4,260 bases of DNA from a virus (Duplodnaviria > Heunggongvirae > Uroviricota > Caudoviricetes): IMG/VR virus record IMGVR_UViG_2529293063_000009; one strand, written 5' to 3'. A model generated the notes under the pieces. That model had not been told where the DNA came from. It saw only the letters and a list, made by a program, of their open reading frames with translations, and did no database searches. Positions 1-4,260 of the stretch are shown here, one piece after another. The translations under genes were made by a program, and so were the position numbers. Position 1 is the stretch's first letter, and every line of letters begins with the position of its first letter.

Positions 1-441
1 CCAGCCACCATTACGCTGGATCTGAACCAGCAGGCGGACTTCCGACGGATTCCTGTCCCCCTTTGAGGTGGTTTCCACCAGTGCCTGCACGCCGAAGGTA
101 AAACGCAGTCGGTCAATGTTTGCCGACGTGATGGTCCGGGTGATCGGCGTGTCGTATTTCACTTCCGTACCCAGCACCGTCTCGGAGCCGGAGGATTCAA
201 ATCCCTCCGGCGGTGTCTGCTCCTGCTCACCGGCCCGGAACACCACCGTGACGCCGGAGATATTGGTATTCCCCTCACTGTCCAGCACCGGCGTACTGTT
301 CAGCAGCACGCTTTTTAATCCATCCACCGGACCTTCAACCGGCCCTTCGCTGATGGCATCGATCACACTCAGCAGCTGCGTGGACTTCAGGTTGTCCTTC
401 GCTTCGCGCGGGGTATGCCCCTTACTGCTGCCTTTACCCAT
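1..441 (-). CDS. J: Tail tip fibre / host-specificity protein J, N-terminal 147 codons only; gene continues beyond the window start
   Basis: Minus-strand ATG at 441-439 opens a frame that I translated by hand as MGKGSSKGHTPREAKDNLKST..., which I recognise as the lambda gpJ N-terminus. It sits about 60 nt downstream of the I stop, as in lambda. Absent from the ORF track because it has no stop inside the window. Confidence 0.88.
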   Translation of the reverse strand, partial: MGKGSSKGHTPREAKDNLKSTQLLSVIDAISEGPVEGPVDGLKSVLLNSTPVLDSEGNTNISGVTVVFRAGEQEQTPPEGFESSGSETVLGTEVKYDTPITRTITSANIDRLRFTFGVQALVETTSKGDRNPSEVRLLVQIQRNGGW

Positions 442-463
442 TCCTCACGCTCCATAAACGACA

Positions 464-483
464 AAACCGCCCGCAGGCGGTTT
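464..483 (-). terminator. Perfect 8-bp inverted repeat with 4-nt loop in the I-J intergenic spacer; terminator-like on the transcribed strand
   Basis: Plus strand 464-471 aaaccgcc, loop 472-475 cgca, 476-483 ggcggttt (exact reverse complement). On the minus-strand transcript the stem is followed by UUUUGUCGUUUAU. Position is between the I stop (502-504) and the J start (441). Confidence 0.3.
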
Positions 484-501
484 CACATAAAACATTTTGC
501 A

Positions 502-1173
502 TCAGCGACCAATCACCACAACCTGACCACCGTCCCCTTCGTCTGCCGTGCTGATCTCCTGAGAAACCACGCGTGACCCCACGCGCATTTCCCCGTACAG
601 AACAGGCAGAACATTGCCCTGGGCAACCATGTTATCCAGTGAGGAGAAATAGGTGTTCTGCTTACCGTTATCCGTTGTCTGTGTACGGGGAGTTCTGGCT
701 TTCGGTGCCAGCATCTGCGCCACACCACCGAGCACCATACTGGCACCGAGAGAAAACAGGATGCCGGTCATACCACCGGCCCCAATGGCTGCCCCCCATG
801 CTGCAAGGGTGGCTCCGGCGGTAAAGAATGATCCGGCAATGGCGGCAGCCCCCAGGACAATCTGGAATACGCCACCTGGCTTGGCCCCGGCGACTCTGGG
901 AACAATATGAATCACAGCGCCATCAGGCAGAGTCTCATGTAACTGCGCCGTTAACCCGGACGTGCTGACGTCCCGCCCGGCAATCCGTACCTGATACCAG
1001 CCGTCGCTCAGTTTCTGACGAAACGCCTGGAGCTGTGTGGCCAGTGCCCGGATGGCTTCAGCCCCCGTTTTCACACGAAGGTCGATGCGGCGACCAAATC
1101 GTTGTAAATCCCCGTAAAGGCAGATGCGCGCCATGCCCGGTGACGCCAGAGGGAGTGTGTGCGTCGCTGCCAT
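502..1173 (-). CDS. I: Tail tip assembly protein I (223 aa): N-terminal putative ubiquitin-like region, then a Gly/Ala-rich hydrophobic segment
   Basis: ORF track 223 aa MAATHTLPLASPGMARICLYGDLQRFGRR...; length and sequence match my recollection of lambda gpI. Start lies inside the 3' end of K in a different frame, as in lambda. An AGAGG sits 11 nt upstream of the ATG (weak SD). Confidence 0.92.
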   Translation of the reverse strand: MAATHTLPLASPGMARICLYGDLQRFGRRIDLRVKTGAEAIRALATQLQAFRQKLSDGWYQVRIAGRDVSTSGLTAQLHETLPDGAVIHIVPRVAGAKPGGVFQIVLGAAAIAGSFFTAGATLAAWGAAIGAGGMTGILFSLGASMVLGGVAQMLAPKARTPRTQTTDNGKQNTYFSSLDNMVAQGNVLPVLYGEMRVGSRVVSQEISTADEGDGGQVVVIGR

Positions 1174-1814
1174 TTGTCGGTGTACCTCTCTCGTTTGCTC
1201 AGTTGTTCAGGAATATGGTGCAGCAGCTCGCCGTCGCCGCAGTAAATTGCGGCGTGATTCGGCACTGATGAACCAAAACAGCACAGCAGCACATCGCCCG
1301 GCTGTGCCGCTGACAACGGCACCTGATACAGCCCCGTCGCCTCCAGATTATCCAGATAGAGATTCTGGCCGTTACGCCACCAGTCATCCTCACGATAAAA
1401 GTCCGGCATCTCAATCCCCGCCAGATGATAAGCATCCCGGAACAGTGTGTAACAGTCCGTCACACCGTGCTCAAAGCGCCGCCCGGTGAGATGCGGCACA
1501 CAGCGGAACTTATGAATCGTCCCCCGGCAGACCAGCCACCACGGCAAATCACTCTGCACCTGCAGCCGCCGGTCGGCCTCACTCAGCCAGGGCAGACCAC
1601 CGGGGTGGCTGTGGACCAGCGCCACAATCTCACCCTGCATTTCTGCCTGCAGCCAGTCTTCCGGCGACATACGGAAATACGCCTCCGGCTCACCGGAGAT
1701 ATTCACGCAGGGAAAATATCTTTCCCCCTCCGGCGTGCTTACCACGAAGCCGCACGACTCCGCTGGCGCACATCGCCGGGCGTGCGCCAGAATCGCTGAT
1801 TCTGTCTGTGTCAT
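1071..1814 (-). CDS. K: Tail tip assembly protein K, with JAMM/MPN-type metalloprotease motif and NlpC/P60 Cys-His-His peptidase domain; coordinates are the full 247-codon ORF, the classical 199-aa annotation would start at 1670
   Basis: ORF track 247 aa. HSHPGGLPWLSEAD (HxHx7Sx2D JAMM signature) at ORF residues 68-81; NlpC/P60-like Cys121 (DCYTLF), His187 (VPNHAAIY), His199/200. Internal Met49 at 1670 gives a 199-aa product, the lambda gpK length as I recall it. Overlaps I by 103 nt. Confidence 0.88.
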   Translation of the reverse strand: MTQTESAILAHARRCAPAESCGFVVSTPEGERYFPCVNISGEPEAYFRMSPEDWLQAEMQGEIVALVHSHPGGLPWLSEADRRLQVQSDLPWWLVCRGTIHKFRCVPHLTGRRFEHGVTDCYTLFRDAYHLAGIEMPDFYREDDWWRNGQNLYLDNLEATGLYQVPLSAAQPGDVLLCCFGSSVPNHAAIYCGDGELLHHIPEQLSKRERYTDKWQRRTHSLWRHRAWRASAFTGIYNDLVAASTFV

Positions 1815-1819
1815 GGGAT

Positions 1820-2518
1820 TTACTGCGAAAGTTTGTTAATGGAAAGGAAGCCGCCAAAGTTGCCGACGTTATTGCGGAACTTACAACCGCTCAGGCATTT
1901 GCTGCATTTATCCTTCGTGATATCGGACGTTGGCTGGTCATATTCATCCGCGACCGCCGGACCGTGATAACCGCACTCATCGCCGCGATAGGTCCAGGTG
2001 CAGGTGTTGGCCAGCATGATACGTCCCGGAAAAACAGCGCCGTCCGTTTCCGTCGGCGTGGACAGTACAAAGGAGGCACTCACCGCGCTCAGTTCGCTGC
2101 ACTGCTCAATGCGCCAGCGGCTGATCACCTCCTGCTCCGGATCGGCGTAACTGTTTCCGTTGACGAAGTTCACCGCATCCAGAAAACGGGCGTAAACCTT
2201 ACGCCGGACCACCGTTCCGCCGACCAGACTCTGCATATCTTCCGCCATCCCGGTGACCATACCGTACAGGTTAGAAACCGTCAGCGTGGGGCGCGTACTG
2301 GTGCCTTTGCCATTCAGTTCAAAACCGCTCCCCTGAATGGGATACGGCTGATACTGTCGCCCCTGCCAGGTGACCGGCTCACCTTTTTCGTTCTGCTCAT
2401 TACAGAAAAAATAACGTTCTCCACCGACCTCTGTCAGATCGATTTCCCAGAGCACCACGCTGGCCGACTGCTCCGCACGGGTGCATTCATTCAGTGTTTC
2501 CTGCCGGATATCCTGCAT
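1820..2518 (-). CDS. L: Tail tip protein L (232 aa) with C-terminal cysteine cluster
   Basis: ORF track 232 aa MQDIRQETLNECTRAEQSASVVLWEIDL...; length and sequence match lambda gpL as recalled. Start ATG overlaps the M stop (TGATG). Preceded by AGGTGGTG (SD-like) lying in the last codons of M. Confidence 0.93.
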   Translation of the reverse strand: MQDIRQETLNECTRAEQSASVVLWEIDLTEVGGERYFFCNEQNEKGEPVTWQGRQYQPYPIQGSGFELNGKGTSTRPTLTVSNLYGMVTGMAEDMQSLVGGTVVRRKVYARFLDAVNFVNGNSYADPEQEVISRWRIEQCSELSAVSASFVLSTPTETDGAVFPGRIMLANTCTWTYRGDECGYHGPAVADEYDQPTSDITKDKCSKCLSGCKFRNNVGNFGGFLSINKLSQ

Positions 2519-2847
2519 CAGTTCACCACCTGTTCAAACTCTGCGCTGAACTCAACACGCAGCATACTGACCCGCGACGACCATTTTGCGCAGGTCACCT
2601 TTATCTGCCGCCACTCATAAGGCGGCGTCCACAGAAAGGATTTCCAGCCCCCGTGCTCTTCCAGAAACGACTCCAGTACCGTGGCCTCCTCACGGGAGAC
2701 AGAAAGCGTCACGCTGTACGTTTTCAGGTTGGCATTCAGCCCGGCAGGCGCTCGCTGAGAATAGCCATCACCAAAGCGCACCTTTCTTACAGAAGGGACC
2801 GAAGCCACATCCATACCGGGTTTCACTTTCCAGCGGAAGGTCTTCAT
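2518..2847 (-). CDS. M: Tail tip protein M (109 aa)
   Basis: ORF track 109 aa MKTFRWKVKPGMDVASVPSVRKVRFGDGYSQRAPAGLNANLKTYSV...; length and sequence match lambda gpM as recalled. ATGA overlap with the H stop; strong SD just upstream. Confidence 0.93.
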   Translation of the reverse strand: MKTFRWKVKPGMDVASVPSVRKVRFGDGYSQRAPAGLNANLKTYSVTLSVSREEATVLESFLEEHGGWKSFLWTPPYEWRQIKVTCAKWSSRVSMLRVEFSAEFEQVVN

Positions 2848-4260
2848 CGTCCACCTCCGGAGAACAGGCCACCATCACGCATCTGTGTCTGAATTTCATC
2901 ACGGGCACCCTTGCGGGCCATGTCATACACTGCCTTCATCATCTGTGGACCTGGCAGACCATTCGTACCGTCGTTCTGAATCACCACGTGATTGTTCTGA
3001 TTAAAATTAATGCCTTCAGCCCGCCGCATCTGCGCCGGACTTCCGGCACCGCCCACATAACCACCTTCCGCATAGCCCCGCATCAGGCGGTACAGGTTGC
3101 CGACACCAATCCGGCTGGTTGCCTCCTTCGTGAAGACAAACTCACCACGGTGAACAATCCCCGCTGGCTCATATTTGCCGCCGGTTCCCGTAAATCCTCC
3201 GGTTGCAAAATGGAATTTCGCCGCAGCGGCCTGAATGGCTGTACCGCCTGACGCGGATGCGCCGCCACCAACAGCCCCGCCAATGGCGCTGCCGATACTC
3301 CCGACAATCCCCACCATTGCCTGTTTAAGCAGAATTTCTGTCATCATGGACAGCACGGAACGGGTGAAGCTGCGCCAGTTCTGCTCACTGCCGGTCAGCA
3401 TCGCCGCCATATTCTGCGCAATACCATCAAAGGTCTGCGTGGCTGCACTTTTAACCTGCGACATACTGTCCGTGGCGCTCTCTTCCCACTCACTCCAGCC
3501 GGACTTCAGGCCTGCCATCCAGCTCCCGCGAAGCTGGTCTTCAGCCGCCCAGGTCTTTTTCTGCTCTGACATGACGTTATTCAGCGCCAGAGGATTATCG
3601 CCATACTGTTCCTTCAGGCGCTGTTCTGTGGCTTCCCGTTCTGCCTGCCGGTCAGTCAGCCCCCGGCTTTTCGCCTCAATGGCGGCCCGTTTTGCCCGTT
3701 GCTGCTGTGCGAATTTATCCGCCTGCTGCGCCAGCGCATTCAGGCGCTCCTGATACGTGACCTTATCGCCAAGTGCAGCCAGCTGGCGCTTGTACTCCAG
3801 TGTCTCATCTTTATGCGCCAGCAGGGATTTCTCCTGTGCGGACAGCTGGCGACGTTGTGCCGCCTCCTCCAGTACCGCAAACTGACTCTCCGCCTTCCAC
3901 AAATCCCGGCGCTGCTGGCTGATTTTCTCATTCGCTCCGGCATGCTTCTCCAGCGTCCGGAGTTCTGCCTGAAGCGTCAGCAGGGCAGCATGAGCACTGT
4001 CTTCCTGACGATCGCCCGCAGACACCTTCACGCCGGACTGTTTCGGCTTTTTCAGCGTCGCTTCATAATCCTTTTTCGCCGCCGCCATCAGCGTGTTGTA
4101 ATCCGCCTGCAGGATTTTCCCGTCTTTCAGTGCCTTGTTCAGTTCTTCCTGACGGGCGGTATATTTCTCCAGCGGCGTCTGCAGGCGTTCGTAAGCCTTC
4201 TGCGCCTCTTCGGTATATTTCAGCCGTGACGCTTCGGTATCGCTCTGCTGCTGCGCATTT
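2844..4260 (-). CDS. H: Tail tape measure protein H, C-terminal ~472 codons; 5' end lies beyond the window end
   Basis: ORF track gives 414 aa from an internal Met at 4088. I checked the same frame by hand from 4089 to 4260 and found no stop (...QADYNTLMAAAKKDYEATLKK...), so the gene runs off the window. Charged Q/A/R/E/K-rich helical sequence, then the Gly-rich hydrophobic block MVGIVGSIGSAIGGAVGGGASASGG; matches the C-terminal part of lambda gpH as recalled. Confidence 0.9.
   Translation of the reverse strand, partial: NAQQQSDTEASRLKYTEEAQKAYERLQTPLEKYTARQEELNKALKDGKILQADYNTLMAAAKKDYEATLKKPKQSGVKVSAGDRQEDSAHAALLTLQAELRTLEKHAGANEKISQQRRDLWKAESQFAVLEEAAQRRQLSAQEKSLLAHKDETLEYKRQLAALGDKVTYQERLNALAQQADKFAQQQRAKRAAIEAKSRGLTDRQAEREATEQRLKEQYGDNPLALNNVMSEQKKTWAAEDQLRGSWMAGLKSGWSEWEESATDSMSQVKSAATQTFDGIAQNMAAMLTGSEQNWRSFTRSVLSMMTEILLKQAMVGIVGSIGSAIGGAVGGGASASGGTAIQAAAAKFHFATGGFTGTGGKYEPAGIVHRGEFVFTKEATSRIGVGNLYRLMRGYAEGGYVGGAGSPAQMRRAEGINFNQNNHVVIQNDGTNGLPGPQMMKAVYDMARKGARDEIQTQMRDGGLFSGGGR
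2853..2858 (-). promoter_or_regulatory. Shine-Dalgarno GGAGGT for M, embedded in the final Gly codons of H
   Basis: Plus strand 2853-2858 acctcc is GGAGGT on the minus strand, 5 nt upstream of the M ATG at 2847; the same bases encode the ...SGGGR end of H. Confidence 0.6.

Noticed and set aside
68-457. Plus-strand ORF of 129 aa
   Set aside because: Lies entirely antisense to the 5' end of J, whose translation is recognisably gpJ; low-complexity S/T/P-rich product with no recognisable motif or upstream SD. Typical antisense ORF in GC-rich coding DNA.
464-483. Reading the I-J hairpin as a plus-strand element (e.g. a terminator for convergent transcription)
   Set aside because: On the plus strand the stem is followed by only three T residues and there is no plus-strand gene to terminate; the element is more plausibly related to the minus-strand late transcript.
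513-1435. Minus-strand alternative-frame ORFs 513-746 and 1199-1435, and plus-strand ORFs 573-824, 653-910, 1035-1268, 1124-1489, 1425-1799
   Set aside because: Nested within I and K, which have clear identities; Trp/Cys/Arg-rich or Pro-rich artefactual translations with no evidence of independent expression.
1808-2620. Plus-strand ORF of 270 aa spanning L and part of M
   Set aside because: Antisense to two genes with strong identity to known lambda proteins; Arg/Leu-rich composition typical of reverse-strand reading; no independent start signals.
2586-4229. Plus-strand ORFs antisense to H (2586-3251, 3235-3753, 3699-4229) and short minus-strand alternative-frame ORFs (3083-3307, 3740-3943)
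   Set aside because: All fall inside the H coding region in other frames or on the other strand; compositions are Arg/Cys/Leu-rich and low-complexity, consistent with frame artefacts rather than genes.
1-4260. A novel defence, toxin-antitoxin or other accessory system, mobile element, CRISPR array or tRNA
   Set aside because: Essentially every base is accounted for by six contiguous, tightly coupled tail genes in canonical lambda order; the only intergenic gaps are 5 nt (L-K) and 60 nt (I-J). No direct repeat arrays, inverted terminal repeats or RNA-gene-like structures were seen.

Overview
The whole window is one minus-strand block of the phage lambda (or a very close lambdoid prophage) tail-tip assembly genes, in the canonical order H (3' part) - M - L - K - I - J (5' start), so the + strand shown is the reverse complement of the phage late operon. 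Gene lengths match lambda (M 109 aa, L 232 aa, I 223 aa, K 247-codon ORF containing the 199-aa annotated form), as do the junctions (H/M ATGA overlap, M/L TGATG overlap, K/I 103-nt out-of-frame overlap). Assignments rest on reading the translations and recalling the lambda proteins; no database search was possible. I do not see a novel or undescribed system here: no defence genes, mobile elements, CRISPR, tRNA or long non-coding gaps. The points worth a second look are details of these known genes: the K start site and its JAMM plus NlpC/P60 domains next to I, the Cys cluster in L, glycine-rich hydrophobic segments in I and H, and a terminator-like hairpin in the I-J spacer. All plus-strand ORFs in the track are read as antisense artefacts.
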